A model generated the notes under the pieces. It saw only the letters and a list, made by a program, of their open reading frames with translations, ran no database searches and had not been told where the DNA came from. From a virus (taxonomy: Duplodnaviria; Caudoviricetes), in IMG/VR virus record IMGVR_UViG_3300011008_000999: a DNA stretch of 64,000 bases; one strand, written 5' to 3'. Below are positions 42,076 to 51,160 of this stretch, in pieces (position 1 is the stretch's first letter; each line of letters begins with the position of its first letter). Made by a program: the position numbers and the translations under genes.

Positions 42076-42555
42076 TTAAAAATTATACATATTTCCGTCT
42101 TTTACTTCATAGGCACACTCTTTTACTATTTCATAATAATCCATATACTGAATGTATGGTTTATATTTATTATATGTATCTTGATCTATTATTACGTCAG
42201 TTTGGTCATTAAATGTAAGAGTCACCGATCTTTCACTAGGATTCTGAATTATTGAATCAATAACTTTATCAGAAAATTGTTCAATATTAATATCCTTAGT
42301 AATAAAATACGGTGGCGTACATTTATTTATCGAATAATACTTAATAATTAGCTCTGGGTAATCATTCTGAAGACTCTGGAGTATCTCAAATAACGATTGT
42401 TTAAGGTATTTAATATCTACTAATATACCCTCATCAACTGTCAATCCTCTAAATACCGCGTTAAAAAAAGTAACTGATCTTTGAAATTCTAACTCTGGAT
42501 ATTTGAATTTTAGAGATACTGGAAAATTTCGTTCTTCGCTAATTATAATATACAT
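42076..42555 (-). CDS. Array member 5: ParA-N-domain-like N-terminus plus shared C-terminal module
   Basis: Ends VTLTFNDQTDVII...MDYYEIVKECAYEV; N-terminus aligns with the 30779..32212 N-terminus. Confidence 0.75.
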   Translation of the reverse strand: MYIIISEERNFPVSLKFKYPELEFQRSVTFFNAVFRGLTVDEGILVDIKYLKQSLFEILQSLQNDYPELIIKYYSINKCTPPYFITKDINIEQFSDKVIDSIIQNPSERSVTLTFNDQTDVIIDQDTYNKYKPYIQYMDYYEIVKECAYEVKDGNMYNF

Positions 42556-42911
42556 TATTCAACTACCTCTAATGCGTATTCTCTAACTACTGTTTCATAG
42601 TCCATATTTTTGATCTGCTCATAACTATTTTCAAAATCATAAATACTTATATGAACTTTAGTATCATTAGAATAAGTCAATACTACATCATCTACGTAAT
42701 ATTCAACATCCTCTAATATAATATCTTCTTCACCATACTTTTCTTCATATAATAGCCAGGTTTTAGCGAACATAGTTTTACAGATATCATTAATAGTTTT
42801 GACATCTTCTTCACAATACTGGTGCTCTCGTTCATTATAAGATCTTATATTATCCCAAGAACCACCTTCGCATAACATTTCTTTCCAAGTATATTCATTT
42901 TTAGGATGCAT
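42555..42911 (-). CDS. Array member 4 (start MHPKN)
   Basis: Ends VVLTYSNDTKVHI...MDYETVVREYALEV; ATG 42911 follows GAGGT. Confidence 0.75.
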   Translation of the reverse strand: MHPKNEYTWKEMLCEGGSWDNIRSYNEREHQYCEEDVKTINDICKTMFAKTWLLYEEKYGEEDIILEDVEYYVDDVVLTYSNDTKVHISIYDFENSYEQIKNMDYETVVREYALEVVE

Positions 42912-43417
42912 TATCAAGTACCTCGATTGCAAATTGCGATATAATAGTTTTGTAGTCCATCTTACCAATTTCAGATTCTATCATAAAGAAATCTACTGCA
43001 TTCATAATCATATGAGTATTATTACTAAAACGTACAGTTACAGTACAAGTATTTTCATCATATTCGTATCCAGTATATTTAATTACAACCTTCTTAGGTT
43101 TTGCTTTTTCCCTCTCAAACTGAAGACGTATATCATAATACTGTAAAGCTCTTTTAAACTCATCAAATGCTAAATCATCTTTATACCAATCTGCATCATA
43201 ACCATATTTATAATAATCGTCAATAAGATTATCTGCAAAATCATAATTACCATAATAGTCATTATACTCAAAATTCAACTTATTTGATACATATTCAAGT
43301 ATCTCTACTAGATGGTTATATTCATCACGATCATAAGTAGGATCAAGATAATTCAAATAGTCTTCAAGTTGTGCACAAAATCTTAAGTTGTTTTTAAATA
43401 TTTTTTTTAGGATGCAT
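42901..43417 (-). CDS. Array member 3; natural start ATGCATCCT is frameshifted in an A8 run
   Basis: Ends VTVRFSNNTHMIM...MDYKTIISQFAIEV; removing one A joins MHPKKIFKNNLRF to ORF 42901..43356. Confidence 0.65.
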
Positions 43418-43882
43418 TTAATATACCTCTATAGCAAATTCTCTAATAATATCATCTTTGCTAAAATCTTCTAAGAATAGTGCATTCTCTTCATAGTCAT
43501 TTCTGGAAATAATGACAATTGTAGAATCTGAAAAACGCATTGAAACTATATCATTCATAATTTTAATATTAGAAATTACTGGATGATTCATTACTATTAC
43601 ATCTCCATCAAAGTCTAAACCGCTCTTTAATATGTCGGTCATTAACACTTGCGATTTACCAGTTCCACAACTAGAAGTAATTGGTGTATATACTTTACCT
43701 ATAGGAATTCCAGTACTTTCTCCTAAGTAATCAGTAATGCTATTAACCGGTATTAGTGTACAATTATGTGGTATAGAGGCAAAATCTAAATCATGAATAT
43801 AAAGATCATTATTACAATAGTCTTTAGATAGCTGTTTCAAAGAAGATTTTTGTATCTTTTTAGTAGTTTTCGCCGCCATCAT
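43418..43882 (-). CDS. Array member 2
   Basis: Ends VSMRFSDSTIVII...DIIREFAIEV. Confidence 0.75.
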   Translation of the reverse strand: MMAAKTTKKIQKSSLKQLSKDYCNNDLYIHDLDFASIPHNCTLIPVNSITDYLGESTGIPIGKVYTPITSSCGTGKSQVLMTDILKSGLDFDGDVIVMNHPVISNIKIMNDIVSMRFSDSTIVIISRNDYEENALFLEDFSKDDIIREFAIEVY

Positions 43883-44243
43883 TATATTTTACCTCAATAG
43901 CAAATTCTCTAATAACTCTTTCTATAGGTATTTTATGCAATTCTTCATGATATTTCATCCAATCATCATGTGTAATATACACAATAGTTTCATTTGTATA
44001 TCTTATAGCGACTGTATCTGTATCGAGGCCGTCTACATAACTAATATAAACTTTATCTTTCCAGTATTCTTTCTGTCGTTTATTATTCATTGATGGGCCA
44101 TATAATTCATGAAGAACTGCATCTAATTCTTCGTCTGACATATCATCAAAAGGATAATTATCTTTCTTCCACTCAATAGCGCTCATAACATCAAGCATAG
44201 AAGATTCACTTTCAAACATACCATTGTCTAATAAAGCGAACAT
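43860..44243 (-). CDS. Array member 1
   Basis: Ends VAIRYTNETIVYI...RVIREFAIEV. Confidence 0.75.
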   Translation of the reverse strand: MFALLDNGMFESESSMLDVMSAIEWKKDNYPFDDMSDEELDAVLHELYGPSMNNKRQKEYWKDKVYISYVDGLDTDTVAIRYTNETIVYITHDDWMKYHEELHKIPIERVIREFAIEVKYNDGGENY

Positions 44244-44252
44244 ATAATCTCC

Positions 44253-45899
44253 TTAGAGAAGTCTTTCATCATGAGATACAATAATCCACTGGTTATTATC
44301 TTCATGAATAATTCTTCTAATTGCTGCAATATTATCTGCATCCAAGTTAGAGAAAGACTCATCCATAACAAGTGGAAGTGAAGGTAAGAAAAGGTTTCTT
44401 ATTACCAAGATAAGTGATAATGCAACAATTGTCTTTTCACCTTTTGAAAGACACTGAACAGCATATACATTCTCAGATTTGAAATCTTTATCAAAGAGTC
44501 TTGCTTTATAAACACCATTCTCAATAAAGATCTCAGTATATCTTGTATTGATTGTCTTAACAATCTCAGAAGCTTTCTTTACAAGTTCCTGTGCATAATG
44601 TTCTTTTGCCTGCTCAATGAACTCTTCTACGATCTCAATACATTTCTTATCTTGATTCCAAATATCAGTAGCAAGAAGTAACTCATTGATCTTACCAAAG
44701 TCTTTACTAAGACTTGCAAACTCATTTCTCTTCTTATCATACTCTGCATATAACTGATTAGTTTCTGCGTTATAAGAATCAAGAATTGACTGATAATCAA
44801 ATTCAGTAGCATACTTAAGCGGCTCTAACAGTTTAACAAAATGCCAATACTTTTTAGATTCAAGCAGCTTATCAAATGTGTACTGCTTTTCTTCCTTTTC
44901 CTTAAGAATAGCTTCAAGTCTCTGAATCTTATCATTATCTACAGTATCATAATCAAGTTTAGGCTCTACAAACTTACCACCACAAAGGACACAAGTATTG
45001 TTATTGCACTTACTTTCATTAATCAACTGAGCAATTGTAGTTCTAGGATATTTTACAAGAGGTGAAGAAACAGGCTTAGACTTTTCAGCATTAAGTTCGT
45101 CTTCTACGTTCTTAAAATAAGCATCCCATTCTTCAGGAGTTTTACCATATCCATTAAGTTTTACACAGGTTTCACGATCATAAGCAGGTTCAGGACAAGC
45201 ATCTAACATCGCCTTTACCTTAAGATATTCTTCATGATCAGTTTTTGCTTTCTTTGCCTTGATTACATCTGAATCAGATACAAATGCTTTTTCCTTGATC
45301 TTTGCTTCGATATCAGCAATTTCTTTTTCAAGCGTATCAATATCTTCTTTAGTTACTTTCTGATTAGTAATAGCTTTTTCAAGGGTAGCTTTCTGTTTCT
45401 GCTGATATGATCTATCAGATGTGAAATGCTGCTTAAGAGAGAGTGGTTCTGAAAATTCAGTTTCAAGCAACGAATACAAATAACTAGAATTAAGTACCTG
45501 TGAAAGAGCTAATGACTCATATCCCCATAAAGAGGTAAGTACTGAATCAGGAATGATCTTATTAAGAAGTTCTTTACATTCCTTATTTGTTCTAGCTACT
45601 AAAGATTCATCTTTGAATACTTTATATCCAGTAGTTTTACCGACTTCTCTCTCAACTACATAAGTAGAAGCGTTATGCGTGAAGTGTAATGTGATCTTGG
45701 AAGGTTTTTCAATATCTACAAGACTTGCGAAATCAAGATTATCTGGACGCTTATCAAATAAGCAAAGAACAATTGCTTCAATAAGTGAAGTTTTACCTTC
45801 ACCATTTTTCCAGTTAAACATTGTGAGTCCATTTTCGAAATCAACCTTCTTATGATCAAAACATTTCCAATTGATCATTTCGATTGAGTTAATCCTCAT
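44253..45899 (-). CDS. sbcC: Rad50/SbcC-like SMC ATPase
   Basis: NGEGKTS Walker A, CVLCG zinc hook, LSKGEK signature, LVMDE..SNLD, IVSHD. Confidence 0.9.
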   Translation of the reverse strand: MRINSIEMINWKCFDHKKVDFENGLTMFNWKNGEGKTSLIEAIVLCLFDKRPDNLDFASLVDIEKPSKITLHFTHNASTYVVEREVGKTTGYKVFKDESLVARTNKECKELLNKIIPDSVLTSLWGYESLALSQVLNSSYLYSLLETEFSEPLSLKQHFTSDRSYQQKQKATLEKAITNQKVTKEDIDTLEKEIADIEAKIKEKAFVSDSDVIKAKKAKTDHEEYLKVKAMLDACPEPAYDRETCVKLNGYGKTPEEWDAYFKNVEDELNAEKSKPVSSPLVKYPRTTIAQLINESKCNNNTCVLCGGKFVEPKLDYDTVDNDKIQRLEAILKEKEEKQYTFDKLLESKKYWHFVKLLEPLKYATEFDYQSILDSYNAETNQLYAEYDKKRNEFASLSKDFGKINELLLATDIWNQDKKCIEIVEEFIEQAKEHYAQELVKKASEIVKTINTRYTEIFIENGVYKARLFDKDFKSENVYAVQCLSKGEKTIVALSLILVIRNLFLPSLPLVMDESFSNLDADNIAAIRRIIHEDNNQWIIVSHDERLL

Positions 45900-46065
45900 T
45901 TATTATCTCCTTAATTTCCTTCTTCGCTTTCTGTCTATTATACTGCTTCTTTGTAGAGAATACTGTTGCACGAGGACGTAAAGGCTGCTCATAAGAAGAC
46001 TTATTTCCAGGATTGACTTTATTCTGATGTTCTATTTTTTCCATTATCTTCTTAATTGAAGCCAT
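45889..46065 (-). CDS. Small basic protein (58 aa) with an ArfA-like motif
   Basis: MASIKKIMEKIEHQNKVNPGNKSSYEQPLRPRATVFSTKKQYNRQKAKKEIKEIINED; GAGGT RBS; directly behind a class-1 promoter. Confidence 0.65.
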   Translation of the reverse strand: MASIKKIMEKIEHQNKVNPGNKSSYEQPLRPRATVFSTKKQYNRQKAKKEIKEIINED

Positions 46066-46097
46066 AATAAATATACCTCTTTCTTTTAGATATTTTT

Positions 46098-46129
46098 ATT
46101 ATATCAAGAAAGTTTTATAATGTAAATAG
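46098..46129 (-). promoter_or_regulatory. Class-1 promoter
   Basis: ctatttac attataaaactttcttga tataat. Confidence 0.8.
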
Positions 46130-46130
46130 T

Positions 46131-46538
46131 TTAGTCACAAAATTTTACAACATTGATTCCTTCATTTTGAAGCATATCAATAGCAGTACCATCCGGTCCA
46201 GCTCCACTACCATAACCATAAACTTCATCAAGATATTTAGCATATTCTCTCACAGTCATAGGTTTAGTAGTTTGAATAACTACATTAGGCCATCCACCAC
46301 CAGGACCAGTCATGTCAAGTACCTTAACAATTTTGTCAGGTATTCCATTTCTTTCTTCATAAGCATTATAAGCAGCTACAAACTTATCTTCATCATTTGC
46401 CTGTCCAGCTTGACTAATTGCTTCATCTTCAAGTCCATCATAACAAATATCAAATTCAAAACTAAATAGATATTTTTTGTTAGACTCAAGAATATTGTTG
46501 AAAGAAAAATCGTCGTTTTTACCAATTGATAGTATCAT
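46131..46538 (-). CDS. Hypothetical protein
   Basis: GGAGG RBS; GPGGGWPNV motif. Confidence 0.7.
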   Translation of the reverse strand: MILSIGKNDDFSFNNILESNKKYLFSFEFDICYDGLEDEAISQAGQANDEDKFVAAYNAYEERNGIPDKIVKVLDMTGPGGGWPNVVIQTTKPMTVREYAKYLDEVYGYGSGAGPDGTAIDMLQNEGINVVKFCD

Positions 46539-46562
46539 TTCTTATACCTCCTTAAAAAATAT

Positions 46563-46599
46563 AAAGCCTACCGTAATAATAAATACTACGCTAGGCTTT
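46563..46599 (-). terminator. Intrinsic terminator after ssb
   Basis: aaagccta...taggcttt. Confidence 0.65.
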
Positions 46600-46633
46600 C
46601 ATTTATAATTGTAACTCTCTTATGATGTTTATA

Positions 46634-47092
46634 TTAAAAATCATCGTATGCATCATAAGATGCTGTCGCAGGTGCGGAATCAGGCTTAGCGGCAGGCTGT
46701 TCAGTAGGCTGAGACTGTGTCTGAGGCTGAGGCTGAGTTGCAGTAGGTGTAGACTCACCGCCAGAAACATTACCATCAGACTTCTTACCAAAGAACTCAA
46801 CGTTATCAATAAGCATCTGGAAGCCATATACCTTGGTTCCATCTTCCTTAGTATAATTGTTGTTCTGGAATGTTCCTTCAATAAGAGCTTTAGAACCTTT
46901 CTTGAAATACTTAGCAATAAAGTCTGCAGTCTTACCGAATGCTACATACTGGAACCAGTCTGTGTCAGGGTCACCTTCCTTGTGGAAACGTCTTGCAACT
47001 GCTCCACTGAATTTAACCATAGTCTGATTGTCTCCGTAGTTCTTAACCTCCGGATCTCCACCAAAAGTAACTGTTTGAGTTGTTCTGTTCAT
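46634..47092 (-). CDS. ssb: Single-stranded DNA-binding protein
   Basis: DTDWF..VAFGKTADFIAKYFKKGS..LIEG; acidic C-terminal tip YDDF. Confidence 0.92.
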   Translation of the reverse strand: MNRTTQTVTFGGDPEVKNYGDNQTMVKFSGAVARRFHKEGDPDTDWFQYVAFGKTADFIAKYFKKGSKALIEGTFQNNNYTKEDGTKVYGFQMLIDNVEFFGKKSDGNVSGGESTPTATQPQPQTQSQPTEQPAAKPDSAPATASYDAYDDF

Positions 47093-47176
47093 AATTTTTG
47101 TTTCTCCTTTATATCTTACAATTTTTTATATACTAAACGCATTATTGCGTATTAGTTAAATAATGATTCTTGTAAT

Positions 47177-47186
47177 ATTAAATAGC
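47177..47186 (-). promoter_or_regulatory. Class-2 motif upstream of ssb
   Basis: aagagctatttaatatta, followed by a leader hairpin at 47133-47156. Confidence 0.65.
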
Positions 47187-47195
47187 TCTTCGTTT

Positions 47196-48881
47196 TTAAA
47201 TCTTGAAGAAATCAACTGCATCTTTAAGATCATCTGCAAGATTCTTCATAGTAGTCATATCTTCTGATACACTATTTACTGCTTGAGACACAGTAACCGT
47301 AGTAGCAGTTACCTCTTCATTTGTAGCAGAAGTCTCTTCTGAAATAGCGGACAGATCAGAAATTGCACCAGAAATAACTGACTTAATTTCATCAAGCTTC
47401 TTAGTAATATCAGATACCTTGTTAATATTATCTACTGAAGAAGTAATTTCGTTATTAAGCGCATCGAACTGTTCCATAGCAATCTGAAGAAGTTCCTGTT
47501 CTTTATCAATAATTGCCTTAACTTCATCTGCCTGAGTTACACAGTTAGCAGAAAGATCAGTAATCTCATTTACAACATCTTTAATGTTCTTAGCAGATGC
47601 ATTACTATCAGCAGCAAGTTTACCAATTTCATCAGCAACTACTGCAAATCCTCTACCAGATTCACCAGCTCTTGCAGCTTCAATCTGTGCATTGAGTGAT
47701 AAGAGATTAGTCTGACCTGCAATATCAGAGATAAGCTTAACCATTTCACTGATCTTTTCAACTGCAGTATTTGTATTGTTAATACTCTGACGAATATTTG
47801 TAACAGCATCAACTGACTTCTTACTACTTTCAGAAATATCAGAAATACACTGCATAGCGTTTGTATTTGCATTAGACATTGTATCGGTACTATCTTTAAG
47901 AACTGAAACTATATCTACTGCATTAGATACGATTTTATCCATATCAGATACATTCTCGCTAATATCCTGTACATTCTCAGCAAGAGTAACTGTACCATCA
48001 GCAAGATTACTCATAGAATCGGAGATCTGTGACATATCACTAGATACCTGTTCTGCATTACAAGTAGTTTCTTCTATCTTATCATCAAGACCACTCATAT
48101 TTGTATTGATCTTGGATAAAATTTCCTGAAGGTTAACTAAAAGAATCTTAATACTATCAATAAGTGTAATAGTCTCAGTTACATGAGATTCAGCATTAAG
48201 TTCAATCTTAGTTTCACCAGTAGAAAGTGTTTTAAGACTATCTGCAACTTCTTTAATAGGATTAGAAACCTTTTTAACTATCATAATAGCGATTACTGTA
48301 AAGATACCAATAAGAATAGCTGCTAAACCAAAAATAATAAGCATAATATGCTGTTCTGCTTTCTGAATCTGAGTAGCAGGTTTACCAGCAAATGCCATAC
48401 CTACAACATTTTTATCTGCATCATATAGAGGCATGTAATATACAAAATACTTAATTCCACCAATTTTTACATCATTAGACTGATAATCCTCTTTAGACTT
48501 AACTGCTTTCCATACAGCCTCAGATGCAGTTGTTCCTTCATTTCTTGTACCATCTTCATTTCTAAGAGATGTCATATAACGTACATCATCTTTGAACAGT
48601 GTAAGATGTACACCGACGTTATTATTAACGACGTCAATATATTCAGTTGGATCATATTCAACGAAACCGTCAGTTAGATCCGCATCGTTTATCAAGTCAT
48701 ATTCATAATAACTCTTAAGACCTTGTGCAGCTAACTTCAGTTCTTCAAAAGTAGTAGTTTCAAGATTTGAGTTCATTATGTTTAGAGAAACTATAGCTAA
48801 CATAATGATTCCACAAGTCAGTGGAACTAATGCAAATAAGATCAGCATTTGTCTCAAGTTAATGCCCTTTTTGTTACTCAT
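47196..48881 (-). CDS. Methyl-accepting chemotaxis protein (Cache sensor, HAMP, signalling domain)
   Basis: Two TMs; [37 protein letters not shown]. Confidence 0.95.
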   Translation of the reverse strand: MSNKKGINLRQMLILFALVPLTCGIIMLAIVSLNIMNSNLETTTFEELKLAAQGLKSYYEYDLINDADLTDGFVEYDPTEYIDVVNNNVGVHLTLFKDDVRYMTSLRNEDGTRNEGTTASEAVWKAVKSKEDYQSNDVKIGGIKYFVYYMPLYDADKNVVGMAFAGKPATQIQKAEQHIMLIIFGLAAILIGIFTVIAIMIVKKVSNPIKEVADSLKTLSTGETKIELNAESHVTETITLIDSIKILLVNLQEILSKINTNMSGLDDKIEETTCNAEQVSSDMSQISDSMSNLADGTVTLAENVQDISENVSDMDKIVSNAVDIVSVLKDSTDTMSNANTNAMQCISDISESSKKSVDAVTNIRQSINNTNTAVEKISEMVKLISDIAGQTNLLSLNAQIEAARAGESGRGFAVVADEIGKLAADSNASAKNIKDVVNEITDLSANCVTQADEVKAIIDKEQELLQIAMEQFDALNNEITSSVDNINKVSDITKKLDEIKSVISGAISDLSAISEETSATNEEVTATTVTVSQAVNSVSEDMTTMKNLADDLKDAVDFFKI

Positions 48882-48995
48882 TTTTTCTCCTTTTTGCCAA
48901 CCTCTTTAATTGGCTTTGGTGATGGTTTTGGTATAGGTTTGACCTTTATACCTCCACAGTTTGATCTAATATTTTTATCATTCATAATAACTCCT

Positions 48996-49685
48996 TTATA
49001 TTGCTATAAGACCATAAGTATATCCAAATTTTTTCTGATTCTTAAGCAACCAGTTATGTGAAGATACTAAATAAATATTATTTATACTATTACATTTAGT
49101 ATAATACTCATTTTTAGCATTTGCATAAATTCGATTAGACATTTCCTGAGTCATAATTCCATTATTTAACTGTACTTTAAGGAAGGAATTAAGTTTATCA
49201 AATTCAGCTTTTGCCGTAGCGATATCAGCGTCAATTTTCTTTCCAAGTTTATCATCATATTTTTTATAGGCTTCTACTATAGAAGGATCAAAATTATCGA
49301 GTTTAGTCATACTATATACACCTTCTTTAGTAACTGCTCTATAAGTATGTAACTTCTTAAATTCTACAAATATTTCTAAATCACCGACGCTAAAAGTACC
49401 ACCAATCATTCCTACGTTTCTAGGATGAACGTGAGAAAATACTGTAGATCTCTTATAAGCATCTACAGTCATAGCTACAAAACCCTTACAACCTTTATGT
49501 TCTTCAACTATTTTCTTATTATTTACTAAAATACCAAATTCAATTTTACTAAATTGTCTTTTAGTTTCAAAATCAATAATAGACTGAGGAACTACAGTAT
49601 TAAGGTTACTATATGTCAATAAAATAGGTAACTCAATTACTTTACCATTAACATCATTTACTGTTGTTATCTTAGTAGTTTTCAT
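48996..49685 (-). CDS. JAB/MPN-like metalloprotein
   Basis: E...FSHVHP......GTFSVGD...RAVT motif. Confidence 0.6.
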   Translation of the reverse strand: MKTTKITTVNDVNGKVIELPILLTYSNLNTVVPQSIIDFETKRQFSKIEFGILVNNKKIVEEHKGCKGFVAMTVDAYKRSTVFSHVHPRNVGMIGGTFSVGDLEIFVEFKKLHTYRAVTKEGVYSMTKLDNFDPSIVEAYKKYDDKLGKKIDADIATAKAEFDKLNSFLKVQLNNGIMTQEMSNRIYANAKNEYYTKCNSINNIYLVSSHNWLLKNQKKFGYTYGLIAI

Positions 49686-49713
49686 TTAAGTTACCTTATT
49701 ATTATAGGTTTGA

Positions 49714-49775
49714 TTGGATGTGGTGCAGTCGAAACACCCTCAGTGCTTAATGCCTTATGAGTCCGTTTACATCCA
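49714..49775 (-). ncRNA. D-armless tRNA-like structure
   Basis: 7-bp acceptor-like stem UGGAUGU/ACAUCCA next to T-arm GGUGU-UUCGACU-GCACC; central CUCA/UGAG arm. Confidence 0.5.
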
Positions 49776-49833
49776 ACCTCTTTGAGAGGTAAATAATCAT
49801 GCAAGACAATATTATTATCATCTTACTATAATT

Positions 49834-49865
49834 ATTATAACACGAACATATAAGTTCGTAAATAG
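49834..49865 (-). promoter_or_regulatory. Class-1 promoter
   Basis: ctatttac gaacttatatgttcgtgt tataat. Confidence 0.8.
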
Positions 49866-49876
49866 TTTTTTGCAAA

Positions 49877-51151
49877 TTAATTTGCAATATAGTCAATAGT
49901 TAATTTTTTATTGAGATTTGCATTATGTACAGTAAAACTAAAACTATCCATACCTATACGAGATCCATCCTTAAGTAAGATATATGAATGTGAGAAATCA
50001 TATCCGTTCTGCTGAGTCATATAATGTCCAGAAGGCTCTTTATATGTTTCAATTTTATATATTTCTCTTTCTATATATTCAATTTCATCTTCATCATACT
50101 GATCAATTTCTGATAATGGAATCTGATTGCCATCTTTATCTATAGCAATAGTTTCGTATTCACCAGTAGGTTCTTCTCTAGTTCTATTTACTAAAATCTC
50201 AGAGGTCCAGAAATGTGCAATCTTATTCAACTTTACAGTGTAATAAGATAACTTACCATCAGAATTATAAACACCTTCTATAATAAGTTCACTATTCATA
50301 TCAGTATTGACTTCAACATCAATATCTTCTGCAACCTCAGCATCTGGATCATCTGTTACTCCAGCCTCTTCTCTTGCAGATGCTTCTCTCTTTTCTTTAA
50401 TTTTAGCCATATCTTCTGCAGTATATTCTAGGTTAGCATCACCAATTGAAAACTTCCAAGTATATGTGGTACCCCAAATATCATTATCTTTAGCTTCTAC
50501 AGCTAAACTAAAAATATCATTAGAATTTCCTTCTTTTCTACTATCAAAATTAGTATCACAGAATTTAATCAATTCTTCAAATTTCTTAGTAGATCTAATA
50601 AGATCAGAAGGAGAAACATCTTTAATACCAATCTTAAACTTATCTATTGCAGGTACAAACATTGCTAAACTTTCTTCATCATATCTAGCATCATACTTAA
50701 CATCAGATAAGTTAAGTTTCATAGTATAACCAGAACAATAAACATGATTAGTGATACTTGTTTCTTTAAGCTGTTCTGTTTCGTTAACGCTAACTGATAC
50801 ATCATCTAATGTAAAACAATAAGGAGCTACCTGTGCAACAGCTAATCCATTTACATAGAACTTATCATCCCTATCATTTGGATAAATGTAATTTACATCA
50901 GAATAGTCTTCTACTTCAGGTTCCTCTTCAGCATCAGTGCTTTGCTTTTTCCAAGGATCATAGTCAGTGTCATTAGGACCGGCTATAATAATGTCAGTAT
51001 TTTGTTCTTCATCTTCAGTTTTTGTAACTATTGGATTTACTGCATAATTATGCTGTTCTTCTGTGCTAGCTTCAGGCTCTTTTTTACCACATGCAGCTAA
51101 ACTGACAATACATGTCAAAATAAGAAAACTAGCAAAAAGTCTCTTTTTCAT
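49877..51151 (-). CDS. Lipoprotein
   Basis: Lipobox LAAC. Confidence 0.8.
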   Translation of the reverse strand: MKKRLFASFLILTCIVSLAACGKKEPEASTEEQHNYAVNPIVTKTEDEEQNTDIIIAGPNDTDYDPWKKQSTDAEEEPEVEDYSDVNYIYPNDRDDKFYVNGLAVAQVAPYCFTLDDVSVSVNETEQLKETSITNHVYCSGYTMKLNLSDVKYDARYDEESLAMFVPAIDKFKIGIKDVSPSDLIRSTKKFEELIKFCDTNFDSRKEGNSNDIFSLAVEAKDNDIWGTTYTWKFSIGDANLEYTAEDMAKIKEKREASAREEAGVTDDPDAEVAEDIDVEVNTDMNSELIIEGVYNSDGKLSYYTVKLNKIAHFWTSEILVNRTREEPTGEYETIAIDKDGNQIPLSEIDQYDEDEIEYIEREIYKIETYKEPSGHYMTQQNGYDFSHSYILLKDGSRIGMDSFSFTVHNANLNKKLTIDYIAN

Positions 51152-51160
51152 AGAATCACC

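Noticed and set aside
49706-49779. Hammerhead ribozyme or canonical tRNA
   Set aside because: No CUGAUGA core in the right arrangement; no D-arm or 7-nt anticodon loop
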